From assembly GCA_003557385.1 (NCBI GenBank), contig PWON01000204.1, forward strand, positions 6,853-70,852: a stretch of 64,000 nt of DNA. The letters run 5' to 3'. The notes below the pieces were generated by a model. That model saw only the letters and a program-made list of their open reading frames with translations. It was not told the DNA's origin and ran no database searches. Shown here piece by piece: positions 54,947-64,000 of the stretch (positions are counted from its first letter, which is position 1; each line of letters begins with the position of its first letter). The DNA is from Bacteroidales bacterium. GTDB taxonomy: Bacteria > Bacteroidota > Bacteroidia > Bacteroidales > UBA7960. Made by a program: the position numbers and the translations under genes.

Positions 54947-55720
54947 ATGTTTAAGTACCGAATTTCCATAATCGGTAAAGTGTTTTCTTTACTCTTTATT
55001 TTATGGGCTTGCGGTACGTCACACACCACGGTTGAAGTCGATGGCCGGTTGGTCGCCATTGACAGTCTGACGATCCCGGAAAAGGACAGACAGGTCGATT
55101 CGGTGATCGCCATTTACAGGGTCGCCATGGAAAAGGAGATGAACCAGGTGCTTGCCCACTCGGCACATGTAATGCAGCGGGGCAGCCCGGAAGGTTTGCT
55201 GAACAATTTTGTGGCTGACCTGATCATGGAAACAGGCCAGCAACTTTACACACCTGTTGATGGAAGGCCCATTGACTTTACCTTGCTGAATTACGGGGGC
55301 CTGCGGACAGGCATTCCCAAAGGCCCGGTTACCCGTGCCAGGATCTTTGAACTGATGCCCTTTGAGAACGAAATGGTGGTGCTTACCCTGTCGCCCGGGA
55401 ACACGCTCAGGGCCTTTGAGTACCTGGCCGCTTCAGAAAGAGGCATGCCCGTTTCTGGCATTCGTCTGCACGTGGAGAGCAATGCCGTTAAGAAAGTGTC
55501 GATCCAGGGTGCTCCTTTCGATGCATCAAGGAATTATAAGGTCCTCACCTCCGATTACCTGGCCGGGGGCGGCGACAACATGGTATTTTTCCTCAACCCG
55601 GAAAACGAGGAGCTGCTTGGGAAAAGGATACGGGACGCCATCATCGATTACCTGGTGAAACAAAACAACCTGGGTCGGCAAATTGAAAGCAAACTGGACG
55701 GACGCATAAAAACTGAATGA
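54947..55720 (+). CDS. 5'-nucleotidase C-terminal (substrate-binding) domain lipoprotein
   Basis: Lipobox LFILWAC. NFVADLI, LNYGGLR, FENEMVV and SDYLAGGGD motifs. Confidence 0.8.
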   Translation: MFKYRISIIGKVFSLLFILWACGTSHTTVEVDGRLVAIDSLTIPEKDRQVDSVIAIYRVAMEKEMNQVLAHSAHVMQRGSPEGLLNNFVADLIMETGQQLYTPVDGRPIDFTLLNYGGLRTGIPKGPVTRARIFELMPFENEMVVLTLSPGNTLRAFEYLAASERGMPVSGIRLHVESNAVKKVSIQGAPFDASRNYKVLTSDYLAGGGDNMVFFLNPENEELLGKRIRDAIIDYLVKQNNLGRQIESKLDGRIKTE

Positions 55721-56637
55721 TGATGCAGCATATCGACAGACGCAGTTTCTTAAAGACGCTGGGCATTGCCGGGGCAGCCAGCCTGGCAGGTATTCCAGCC
55801 CTCGCCCTGCGCGATGCCGGGATCAGTCATCTGACCATCTTGCACACCAACGACACCCACAGCCGCCTTGACCCCTACCCGACAAATGATCCGACCTTTC
55901 CGGGCATGGGTGGGTATGCCAGGAGGGCTGCCCTGATAAAACAGCACCGGAGAAACGATCCGGACCTGATCCTGCTCGATGCCGGCGATGTTTTTCAGGG
56001 TACTCCCTACTTTAACATGTATGGGGGAAAACCAGAACTCAAACTTATGAGCAAAATGGGCTACGACGCCGTAACCTTTGGAAATCATGAATTTGACAAC
56101 GGCCTGGATGGTTTTAAGGAAGTATTGCCCCACGCCGGGTTCCCTTTTTTGGCTGCCAACTACGATTTCAGCCAAACCATCCTGGCGGGCAAAGTAAAGG
56201 ACTACGTGATGGTGGGCAGGGGCGGGAGGAGAATTGGAATATACGGGCTCGGCATAGATCCCGAAGGACTGGTAAGCCGGAATTTATACGGAGACACCGA
56301 ATACCTGGACCCGATTGAAAAGGCCAGGGAGATGGAAAACTTGTTGCAAAATAAACGATGTGACCTGATCGTCTGCCTGTCGCATTTGGGATTCGATTAC
56401 AATGACGACAAGGTCAGTGATACCATGGTGGCCGGACACACCCGTTATACCGGAATCATTATCGGTGGCCACACCCATGTGAGGCTTGACCCTCCGGCAA
56501 TGGTTAAAAACCAGATTGGAAACCGGGTCTTTATTGGCCAGGCTGGATACGGGGGAACATACATGGGTATTATGAGTGTATTTTTCAACGGCCGGGAGGA
56601 ACAAAATTTTGTCGAATCGTATACAACAAAAATTTAG
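55717..56637 (+). CDS. Calcineurin-like metallophosphoesterase (5'-nucleotidase N-terminal domain) with a Tat-type signal
   Basis: RRSFLKTLGIAGAASLAG, then HTNDTHS, DAGDVFQGT, GNHEFD, GGHTH. Confidence 0.85.
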   Translation: MMMQHIDRRSFLKTLGIAGAASLAGIPALALRDAGISHLTILHTNDTHSRLDPYPTNDPTFPGMGGYARRAALIKQHRRNDPDLILLDAGDVFQGTPYFNMYGGKPELKLMSKMGYDAVTFGNHEFDNGLDGFKEVLPHAGFPFLAANYDFSQTILAGKVKDYVMVGRGGRRIGIYGLGIDPEGLVSRNLYGDTEYLDPIEKAREMENLLQNKRCDLIVCLSHLGFDYNDDKVSDTMVAGHTRYTGIIIGGHTHVRLDPPAMVKNQIGNRVFIGQAGYGGTYMGIMSVFFNGREEQNFVESYTTKI

Positions 56638-56786
56638 AAAATACAAGGGCAAAAAGATTTTTTTTTTCACTTTTTTTAACCAAAATTTGTTAACAACTTT
56701 GATGCGGAGATTCCAATTTCCCGAATTGTTGATAATCAAAACCCAAAGAGTTTTCTCTATATATAATTATTAACCGATAGCAATTA

Positions 56787-58238
56787 ATGGAGCAGGGATA
56801 CGAAAAGGTTTGGTCGGGTTGTTTGAAGGTCATCAAGGACAATATCAGTCCGAATGCCTACAATACCTGGTTTGATCCTATTAAACCCGTTCGTTTAAAA
56901 AATAATGTCCTGACCCTGCAGGTACCAAGCCAGTTCTTTTATGAATGGCTCGAAGAGCATTACATTGATCTGCTGAAAAAAACCATCAAGAAAGAGTTGG
57001 GTCCGGACGGGCGGCTGGAGTATAGCATTGTGATGGATAGCACCTATCATGCAAATCAGCCCGGGCCGTTTACTGTCCATGCCCCCACACTGAATAAAAA
57101 AGCATTAAAGAATCCACCCATTACCATCCCCATTGACCTGAATAAAGACATGGGGCCGGGAAAAGGGATGCCCAATCCGTTTGTGATCCCCGGGTTAAAG
57201 AAGCTGAATATCCATACCCAACTGATCGATTCCTACAATTTCGAGAACTTTATCCAGGGCGATTGCAATCGTCTGGCGCGAAGTGCAGGACTTGCCGTAG
57301 GACAAAACCCGGGAAAAACCTCATTCAATCCGCTACTGGTCTATAGTGGCAACGGACTGGGTAAAACACACCTGGTGCATGCCATCGGCATTGAGGTAAA
57401 AAACCATTACCCGGAAAAGACCGTGCTATACGTTACCGCAGAGCAGTTCACCAACCAGTTTATCGACAGCATCCGGAACAACAACCAGAACGATTTTGTC
57501 CACTTCTACCAGATGATGGACGTATTGATTGTGGATGACATACACTGCCTGGCCGGAAGACCAAAAACCCAGGATGTATTCTTTCACTTATTCAATCAGT
57601 TGCACCAGAACGGGAAACAGATAGTCATCACCAGCGACATGCCGCCCGTGGGGATGAGCGGGATCGAACCCAGGCTGCTGTCACGCTTTAAATGGGGGTT
57701 ATCGGCCGACTTGCAGGTTCCTGATTTTGAAACCAGGATGGCCATTCTGCAAAAAAAGATACGCAACGATGGGGTTGAAATGCCCCAGGAAGTGCTGGAA
57801 CTGATCAGTTCAAAAATTGATACCAACATCCGGGAAATGGAAGGTGCGCTGATCTCCATTTTGGCCCAATCATCAATGAATAAAAAAGAGATCACCCCGG
57901 ATCTGGCGGCAAACGTCATCGAAAAATTTGTCAAGAACACACCCAGGGAGATCACCATAGACTATATCCAGCAAACCGTATGCAAATATTTCGACATCCC
58001 CCTGGAAAAACTCAAGTCCAAGAGCCGGAAGCGTGATACGGTTCAGGTACGGCAGCTGGCCATGTATTTTAGTAAACTTTACACAAAATCCTCACTCGCA
58101 GTGATCGGGAACAAATGCGGCAATAAAGACCACGCCACTGTTTTACATGCATGCAAAACAGTCAGGAACCTGCTGGATACCGACAAAAGCTTCAAAAAGT
58201 ATGTGGATGAGCTGGAAAATATTATCAAAATCAGCTAA
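56787..58238 (+). CDS. dnaA: Chromosomal replication initiator DnaA
   Basis: AAA+ motifs (GNGLGKTHL, VLIVDDIH) and a C-terminal DnaA-box-binding domain (VRQLAMYFSK...GNKDHATVLHA). Confidence 0.97.
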   Translation: MEQGYEKVWSGCLKVIKDNISPNAYNTWFDPIKPVRLKNNVLTLQVPSQFFYEWLEEHYIDLLKKTIKKELGPDGRLEYSIVMDSTYHANQPGPFTVHAPTLNKKALKNPPITIPIDLNKDMGPGKGMPNPFVIPGLKKLNIHTQLIDSYNFENFIQGDCNRLARSAGLAVGQNPGKTSFNPLLVYSGNGLGKTHLVHAIGIEVKNHYPEKTVLYVTAEQFTNQFIDSIRNNNQNDFVHFYQMMDVLIVDDIHCLAGRPKTQDVFFHLFNQLHQNGKQIVITSDMPPVGMSGIEPRLLSRFKWGLSADLQVPDFETRMAILQKKIRNDGVEMPQEVLELISSKIDTNIREMEGALISILAQSSMNKKEITPDLAANVIEKFVKNTPREITIDYIQQTVCKYFDIPLEKLKSKSRKRDTVQVRQLAMYFSKLYTKSSLAVIGNKCGNKDHATVLHACKTVRNLLDTDKSFKKYVDELENIIKIS

Positions 58239-58268
58239 GGAGACGAAAGCAATTAATGTTTATCTGGT

Positions 58269-58742
58269 ATGAAGGTTTTAATGGTTTGCCTGGGTAATAT
58301 TTGCCGGTCACCCCTGGCAGAAGGCATATTCAGGAAAATAGCAAAAGAACAGGGACTTAAGGCCGAGGTTGATTCGGCCGGAACTTCTGCCTATCATGAA
58401 GGCGAAAGGCCTGACAGTCGCTCACAACAGGTGGCCATAAAATATGGCATAGACATTTCAAATCAACGAGCCCGCCGATTCACCAAATCAGACTTTGACT
58501 CCTTTGACAAGATTTATGTAATGGACAGGTATAATTATGAGGACGTGGTGGTTCTTGCCGACACACCTGAAGAAGAACAGAAGGTCGACCTCATCATGAA
58601 TGCGCTGCACCCAGGTGGAAACCGGGCAGTTCCCGATCCGTATTACGACGGACATGACGGTTTTGAACATGTGTTCAAGTTGCTGGAGGATAGCTGTGAG
58701 ATCATTGTTGAAGAGATGCTCGGACAAAAGCAGGGCAACTGA
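58269..58742 (+). CDS. Low-molecular-weight protein-tyrosine phosphatase
   Basis: P-loop CLGNICRSP and a DPYY motif. Confidence 0.9.
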   Translation: MKVLMVCLGNICRSPLAEGIFRKIAKEQGLKAEVDSAGTSAYHEGERPDSRSQQVAIKYGIDISNQRARRFTKSDFDSFDKIYVMDRYNYEDVVVLADTPEEEQKVDLIMNALHPGGNRAVPDPYYDGHDGFEHVFKLLEDSCEIIVEEMLGQKQGN

Positions 58743-58821
58743 GCCGGTTTTCCGGTCCGGATGGGAAAAAAATTCAAGATCACCCTAGAACAGCACAAGT
58801 GTGGCAACATCCAAGCAAAAG

Positions 58822-59784
58822 ATGCCGGGAAAAGAAAAGATCCTGGAGGTCAGGCGCATCATTGAACCATATGCGCACCGCACCCCTGTTATGACATGCA
58901 CCACACTCGACACACGAAGCGGCAGCCGGCTGGTTTTTAAATGTGAAAATTTTCAGAAAGGGGGTGCGTTTAAATTCCGCGGGGCAAGCCATGCCGTTAT
59001 GACCTTGCCCGAAACCATTGCAAGCAGGGGTGTCGCCACCCATTCTTCAGGAAACCATGCACAGGCATTGGCTCTTGCCGCCAGGATGCGGGGCATTGAA
59101 GCCCGCATCGTGATGCCTGAGAACGCCCCAAAAAACAAGATAGATGCTGTTGAATCTTATGGCGGCATCATCCGGTTCTGCAAACCGACACTGGCCGATC
59201 GCGAAGCCACTCTGCAAAAGGTGATCAATGAATATGGGTGCGGGGAGATACATCCTTACAACGACTACCGCATCATTGCCGGACAGGCAACGGTTTCAGC
59301 CGAACTTATCGAAGATTCCGTACAGCTTGACTGCCTGGTGGCCCCGGTAGGGGGCGGGGGACTGCTCAGTGGGTGCATACTGGGTGCGCGTTATTTTTCA
59401 CCCCGCACCCTTGTGTATGGCGCTGAACCCGAAAAGGCCAACGATGCCTGGCAATCTTTCCGCCAAAAACGGCTAATTCCCGCCGACAAGCCACAGACCA
59501 TTGCTGATGGCCTGCGCACCTCCCTGGGCAGCCTGACCTTCCCGATCATCAGGGACGGGGCCACAGATATCCTGACCACCACCGAAGAGGGCATTATTGA
59601 AGCCATGAAGCTGATATGGGAATACATGAAGGTGGTTGTGGAACCAAGTGCGGCGGTGCCACTTGCCGCAATCCTTGAACACCCTGGGATGTTTGCAGGA
59701 AAACGCACCGGGATCATTCTTTCGGGTGGTAACGCAGACCTGTTTCGACTGCCCTGGCTGGAACAACAAGGCGGCGTGCACTAA
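58822..59784 (+). CDS. Fold-type II PLP-dependent serine/threonine dehydratase family enzyme
   Basis: KCENFQKGGAFKFRGA Lys motif, SSGNHAQ, and a GGGGL loop. Confidence 0.85.
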   Translation: MPGKEKILEVRRIIEPYAHRTPVMTCTTLDTRSGSRLVFKCENFQKGGAFKFRGASHAVMTLPETIASRGVATHSSGNHAQALALAARMRGIEARIVMPENAPKNKIDAVESYGGIIRFCKPTLADREATLQKVINEYGCGEIHPYNDYRIIAGQATVSAELIEDSVQLDCLVAPVGGGGLLSGCILGARYFSPRTLVYGAEPEKANDAWQSFRQKRLIPADKPQTIADGLRTSLGSLTFPIIRDGATDILTTTEEGIIEAMKLIWEYMKVVVEPSAAVPLAAILEHPGMFAGKRTGIILSGGNADLFRLPWLEQQGGVH

Positions 59785-59795
59785 AACACCATGCC

Positions 59796-60671
59796 ATGGA
59801 CAAACACCGATCAGAACAATACAACCCCACACCGGCCGGAATTGCCCCGGGAGCCCGCAATCAGGCCAACACCAGGAGCACGCCTGAAACAGGGGGTAAG
59901 GCTGAGACCGGGATTACGCCTGATTCAAAAGGGCAGCCCAAAAGCCGGACAGCATCAGGAAGAGGAACCCTTTACCTGATCCCGTCATCACTGGGTGAAA
60001 AAGACCTGCATACCGTGTGGCCAGCCGGGCATCATGATTTGATCAACAGGCTGCATTTCTTTATTGTGGAAAATATACGTACCACCCGGCGCTTTTTAAA
60101 ACGGGCCGGCTACCATACAGATTTTAAACACGTACAATTTTTCCTGCTCGACAAGCATCGCTCAGAAGAAGAATACACAGTGTTTTTGCAACCGGCGCTT
60201 GAAGGTCACTCCATCGGCCTTTTTTCTGAAGCCGGATGCCCCGGCATTGCAGACCCGGGCCAGCGTATTGTGGCCCGTGCCCACCAAACAGGAATCCCCG
60301 TAAAACCATTGACGGGGCCCAGTTCCATTCTCCTGGCTTTGATGGCTTCGGGCCTGAACGGGCAACAGTTCTTCTTTCACGGCTATTTGCCAATTCAAAA
60401 AGCGGGCAGGTCAAAAAAAATCAGGGTCATGGAAGAGGAGAGCCGGCGCAGTGGCGCCACCCAGGTTTTTATGGAAACACCCTTCAGAAACAACGCACTG
60501 TTTAATGACCTGTTGAAAGTGTGCCGTCCGGATACGTTAATATGCATCGCAGCGGACCTGACCATGGAAACAGAATTCATTAAAACACAAAGTGTGGCCG
60601 GGTGGCGCAGCGAGGGCCTGCCCGGGCTGCATAAGCGTCCGGCGATCTTCCTGCTTTTACACAGGGATTAA
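59796..60671 (+). CDS. SAM-dependent tetrapyrrole-methylase-fold methyltransferase (RsmI/YraL-like) with a low-complexity N-terminal extension of about 58 aa
   Basis: GTLYLIPSSLGE, SEAGCPGIADPG and GPSSILLALMASGL motifs. The true start is uncertain. Confidence 0.7.
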   Translation: MDKHRSEQYNPTPAGIAPGARNQANTRSTPETGGKAETGITPDSKGQPKSRTASGRGTLYLIPSSLGEKDLHTVWPAGHHDLINRLHFFIVENIRTTRRFLKRAGYHTDFKHVQFFLLDKHRSEEEYTVFLQPALEGHSIGLFSEAGCPGIADPGQRIVARAHQTGIPVKPLTGPSSILLALMASGLNGQQFFFHGYLPIQKAGRSKKIRVMEEESRRSGATQVFMETPFRNNALFNDLLKVCRPDTLICIAADLTMETEFIKTQSVAGWRSEGLPGLHKRPAIFLLLHRD

Positions 60672-60680
60672 TTATGAAAC

Positions 60681-61496
60681 TCAGGTGTTTTTAGCCGCGT
60701 CCTGCCTCTTTTTATGCCGCAAAGCATAATACATCACCACAATCCCTGTAATGATGATGGGTATGCTTAAAATCTGTCCCATGTTCAGCAACATATTCTC
60801 TTCGAAGGCAGACTGCGGCTCCTTGATGAATTCCACCAGAAAACGCGCAATAAACATAAAGAGCCCGAAAAAGGCAGTAAGAAAGCCCGGGGCCAGGGAT
60901 TTGCGTTTTTTCAGATACATCCATCCCAGCAAAACAAACAGCACCAGGTAGGTCAGCCCTTCATAGATCTGTGTCGGGTGCTTGGCCACTGTCTCACCGC
61001 GCCTTTCAAAAATAAAGCCCCAGGGCAAGGATGTTTCAATACCATAAATTTCCGAGTTCATCAGGTTTCCCATCCTGATAAAAAACGCCCCAAGGGCTAC
61101 CGGGATCACAAGCCGGTCGAGCAACCAGACAAAGCTTTGACTGCTGATCTTTTTCTGATAATAGTACAGGGCGATCAGGATGCCTATGGCTCCGCCATGG
61201 CTTGCCAGACCCCCTTGCCAGATATACAGAACTTCGATGAGGTTTTGGGAATAATAACCGAAATCATAAAAAAAGCAATGTCCCAAACGGGCCCCCACGA
61301 TGGTCCCCACGGCCATAAATATCAGCAGGCTGTCGACCTGTTTAAGGGAGACCCCTTCTTTTTTGAAAATCCGAAGTATGATCTCATACCCCAGATAAAA
61401 CGACAATGCCCAAAATAGGCCATACCATCTGACAGCCAAACTCCCTATGCGAAAGATTTCAGGACTTGCATCCCAGGTGATCTGCAGTAAATCCAT
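60681..61496 (-). CDS. lgt: Prolipoprotein diacylglyceryl transferase
   Basis: VRWYGLFWALSF, the GGLASHGGAIG motif, multi-TM. Confidence 0.92.
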   Translation of the reverse strand: MDLLQITWDASPEIFRIGSLAVRWYGLFWALSFYLGYEIILRIFKKEGVSLKQVDSLLIFMAVGTIVGARLGHCFFYDFGYYSQNLIEVLYIWQGGLASHGGAIGILIALYYYQKKISSQSFVWLLDRLVIPVALGAFFIRMGNLMNSEIYGIETSLPWGFIFERRGETVAKHPTQIYEGLTYLVLFVLLGWMYLKKRKSLAPGFLTAFFGLFMFIARFLVEFIKEPQSAFEENMLLNMGQILSIPIIITGIVVMYYALRHKKRQDAAKNT

Positions 61497-61559
61497 TGGA
61501 AATGTATTTAATGTTTATTCAACGATCTGTTTTTTTCAGTGCCCTGAGCACCAGACAAT

Positions 61560-62783
61560 TTATCGGCCAATATCGATCAGTTCCACATCGAAAACCAGGG
61601 TGGCCCCGGGTGGAATGGGCCCGATGGCCCTGTCGCCATAGGCCAGATGCGGTGGAAGGATCAAACGGGCACGCGTGCCTTTCGGGAACAATAAAAACGC
61701 TTCGTCCCAACCACGCAAAACCTGTCCTGTGCCCAGCACAAATCGAACGGTCTCACCCCGCTGGACAGAAGAGTCAAACAGGGTACCATCCGGGAGGTAT
61801 CCGCTGTAATGTACATGCAAAACATGGCCAATCAGTGGGGGATCCCCCTCCCCTTCGCCTACGATGATGTATCGCAGGCCCGAATCTGTTTCCACGGTAT
61901 CCTTCTCTTCGGGTTGAAAGGGAACCGGGGGTTCAGGAATTCCCGCATCCAGTATGCTGATGTCAAATACCAGGTCGGTATTTGGGGGAATAGGCCCCCT
62001 GCCCTTTGCCCCGTAGGCCAGCTCATTGGGTACCCAAAGCCGGACCTTGTCGCCTACATGAAACAACGGAAGGGCTTCTTCCCAGGCGGGAATCACCATC
62101 CGGTGGCCCAGGATAAAGGTGAGCGCTTCGTCACGTTCATAAGAGCTGTCAAAAACAGTTTGCCCTGTATCATCAAGGTAGCCGGTATAATTGACCGTCA
62201 CCAGCATTTCCGGATCCAGCCGGAGACCATCTCCCTGTTCCAGAACACTGTACTGAACTCCGGAAGGGGTTTCCTCGCGGGGTACAATTTCCGTTTCAGG
62301 CATCCTGGCCGGGGTGTATATGCCCAACAATTCGACCTCGAAGGTCAGTGTTTCGTTTTCAGGTACCGGGCCAAAACCCATATCGCCATAAGCCAGTTGA
62401 GGCGGGATAACAAAGGTGGCCCGTGCACCTTCTCTTAATAAACTGATGCCCTCTTCCCAACCAGGCAGCAACTGGTCACTTCCCATCCGAAATTGTACCG
62501 GCTCACCGCGTTCGCGCGAGGAGTCAAAGATACGTCCGTCGGAAAGCTTTCCGGTGTAATGCACCGTCACCAGATCGCCTTCCTGGGGCATAAGGCCGTC
62601 CCCCTCACGAATGATAGTGTAGGCCAGGCCGGTATCGGTGATTTGTTGTTCGGGTTCGGCTTCGGGTACGCGCAACAGGCGGCATCCGGTAAACCCGGTC
62701 AACAGCAACATCGCCACCAGGATCCAGCAAAACCTGAGCCCTTGACGAATGCAGACGGTTTTAAAGCTTGGTATGGGTTGCAT
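61560..62783 (-). CDS. Lipoprotein with three tandem FKBP-type peptidyl-prolyl isomerase domains
   Basis: Lipobox LTGFTGC. Three copies of the pattern V.Y.G.L.DG..FDSS....P..F.LG...(I/L).GW.E......G......IPP.LAYG. Confidence 0.85.
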   Translation of the reverse strand: MQPIPSFKTVCIRQGLRFCWILVAMLLLTGFTGCRLLRVPEAEPEQQITDTGLAYTIIREGDGLMPQEGDLVTVHYTGKLSDGRIFDSSRERGEPVQFRMGSDQLLPGWEEGISLLREGARATFVIPPQLAYGDMGFGPVPENETLTFEVELLGIYTPARMPETEIVPREETPSGVQYSVLEQGDGLRLDPEMLVTVNYTGYLDDTGQTVFDSSYERDEALTFILGHRMVIPAWEEALPLFHVGDKVRLWVPNELAYGAKGRGPIPPNTDLVFDISILDAGIPEPPVPFQPEEKDTVETDSGLRYIIVGEGEGDPPLIGHVLHVHYSGYLPDGTLFDSSVQRGETVRFVLGTGQVLRGWDEAFLLFPKGTRARLILPPHLAYGDRAIGPIPPGATLVFDVELIDIGR

Positions 62784-62804
62784 GTTCTTTTGCCTGGTTT
62801 GTTT

Positions 62805-63689
62805 TTATTCAATCACTTCAACAAGTTCCACATCAAATACCAGGGTGCTGAAAGGAGGTATCATTTCTCCGGCACCCCGGTCGCCATAGGCCAAAAATGA
62901 GGGGATGACCAGGGTGGCTTTGCCGCCCACCTGCATCATGCCGATGCCTTCGTCCCAACCCGGGATCACGTGTCCGCGGCCCACAGTAAATTCTATGGGT
63001 TCGCCCCGTTGGTAGGAAGAATCAAATACGGTGCCATCGAGCAGCCGCCCCTCGTAATGAACAGCCACCATATCGCCAGACTGCACACGGGCTCCATCGC
63101 CCTGCTCGCGTTCCACATAATACAGGCCGCTTGAGGTAGGCGCAACTGTAATGTTTTCCTCGGCGAGATAGTCAAGCATGAGGCCTTCCTCCTGCTCCGC
63201 CCTCAACATGTCTTCCTGCATCTGTTGCTCCATCAGGCGCTCTTGTTCAAGCGCAAACCCTTCCTCATCCATTATTTGCCTTAAAGCGACATGGAAAACC
63301 ACCTCGTCGCCTTCTTGTACAAAGGGGGGCAGCTCCATCATGCCCACCGTATAGAAAAAGAACACCTCCGCATCAATGATGAAACTCGCGCTGTCGCCTT
63401 CTGCCATCAAAGCGAGGCCTTCATAAATATCACCAGGGTATTCCGGTTCCATCATCTGCAAAAACATAGGCATACCCATGTCGCGGCTGTCGAACAAAAC
63501 GCTGTCGCGCACACTGTAAAACATTTCCAGGGACAAAATATCTCCTGTTTCCGGTTTTTCCATGCCGGTTTCTACCAGCAGCGCGTATTTAAGCCCGCTC
63601 TCGGTCTCCTGATATTCTATCTTGTCTGCAGGGCCACATGCGCCCAAAACGGCCATCAGGCCAATGATCAGATATCGTAATGCTTTCAT
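62805..63689 (-). CDS. FKBP-type peptidyl-prolyl isomerase lipoprotein (degenerate N-terminal FKBP-like half plus a canonical C-terminal domain)
   Basis: Lipobox VLGACG. C-terminal VAVHYEGRLLDGTVFDSSYQRGEPIEFTVGRGHVIPGWDEG...LAYGDRG. Confidence 0.85.
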   Translation of the reverse strand: MKALRYLIIGLMAVLGACGPADKIEYQETESGLKYALLVETGMEKPETGDILSLEMFYSVRDSVLFDSRDMGMPMFLQMMEPEYPGDIYEGLALMAEGDSASFIIDAEVFFFYTVGMMELPPFVQEGDEVVFHVALRQIMDEEGFALEQERLMEQQMQEDMLRAEQEEGLMLDYLAEENITVAPTSSGLYYVEREQGDGARVQSGDMVAVHYEGRLLDGTVFDSSYQRGEPIEFTVGRGHVIPGWDEGIGMMQVGGKATLVIPSFLAYGDRGAGEMIPPFSTLVFDVELVEVIE

Positions 63690-63713
63690 ACAAATATGGT
63701 TTTGATAAACAAT

Positions 63714-64000
63714 TTATTGAATTTCCAACACTTCTACTTCGTAAATAATGGTGGCCCTCCGGGGAATTTTTTGCCCGTCTCCCGGCACCCCATGGGCCAA
63801 ATGATGGGGCAGGATAAAACGGGCCCTGCCACCTTTTGCCAGCAACAGGATCCCCTCTTCAAGCCCCCGCTCAACGCCACCGCGGCCAACAGTAAAACGC
63901 ATGGGGCCATCATCAGCCGACGAATAAACCGGATCACCGGTGATCAGATACACATCATAATCCATGGTTACCCGTTGTCCATAAGAGGCCTTCGGACCCT
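63714..64000 (-). CDS. FKBP-type peptidyl-prolyl isomerase, C-terminal part; the gene continues past the window edge
   Basis: The frame stays open to nt 64000. RFTVGRGGVERGLEEGILLLAKGGRARFILPHHLAHG. Confidence 0.8.
   Translation of the reverse strand, partial: GPKASYGQRVTMDYDVYLITGDPVYSSADDGPMRFTVGRGGVERGLEEGILLLAKGGRARFILPHHLAHGVPGDGQKIPRRATIIYEVEVLEIQ

Noticed and set aside
56638-56786. Possible oriC immediately upstream of dnaA.
   Set aside because: The spacer is AT-rich, but I found no TTATCCACA/TGTGGATAA-type DnaA boxes in it or in the dnaA downstream spacer. The one perfect box I saw (about 14683..14691) is isolated inside dnaE. oriC is therefore probably elsewhere and cannot be called here.
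1-64000. A scan for CRISPR arrays, IS elements, transposases, integrases, phage genes, toxin-antitoxin pairs or defence systems.
   Set aside because: No direct-repeat/spacer arrays, no terminal inverted repeats flanking ORFs, and no ORFs with recognisable mobile-element or defence-system motifs were seen. All sizeable ORFs are accounted for by the calls above.

Overview
This 64-kb window looks like chromosomal DNA from an anaerobic member of the Bacteroidota. Evidence for that: no Shine-Dalgarno sequences, TAnnTTTG-type -7 promoter boxes, and typical gene content (DUF349, SPOR, split 5'-nucleotidase, FKBP lipoproteins). I saw no rRNA, tRNA, tmRNA, CRISPR array, transposase, integrase or phage genes. 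All product calls come from reading motifs in the supplied translations. No database search was possible.

About two thirds of the window is densely packed housekeeping: mutL, uvrB, dnaE, trxA, rpsP, rimM, clpB, secA, smpB, ribF, ribD, dnaA and lgt.

The most interesting part is a roughly 17-kb [FeFe]-hydrogenase locus (35.9-53.1 kb).
- A trimeric HydABC-type (electron-bifurcating type) hydrogenase heads a string of 14 tightly spaced minus-strand genes.
- That string also encodes a sensory-hydrogenase::histidine-kinase fusion, a stand-alone receiver, a receiver-kinase hybrid, Rex, RibF, a nonsense-interrupted MBL hydrolase, HydG, two TM1266-type small regulators, an Rrf2 regulator and ZupT.
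- Transcribed divergently from a 303-bp AT-rich control region is a second sensory module: a [2Fe-2S] ferredoxin, a HydS-like hydrogenase with a PAS domain, and a SpoIIE/PP2C phosphatase. It resembles hfsABC, but no partner kinase or STAS protein is present.
- Both sensor paralogs keep a Cx2Cx4Cx16C motif but lack the first Cys of the TSCCP motif. The PAS paralog also lacks one [4Fe-4S]H cysteine and one ferredoxin-motif cysteine.

Other points worth a second look:
- Two conserved genes are each interrupted by a single in-frame stop: TAG in a DUF349 gene and TAA in the MBL hydrolase.
- S16 carries a long tandem-repeat tail.
- There is an array of FKBP isomerase genes, one with three FKBP domains.
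- Three rhomboid genes are present.
- A 5'-nucleotidase is split into two genes in permuted domain order.
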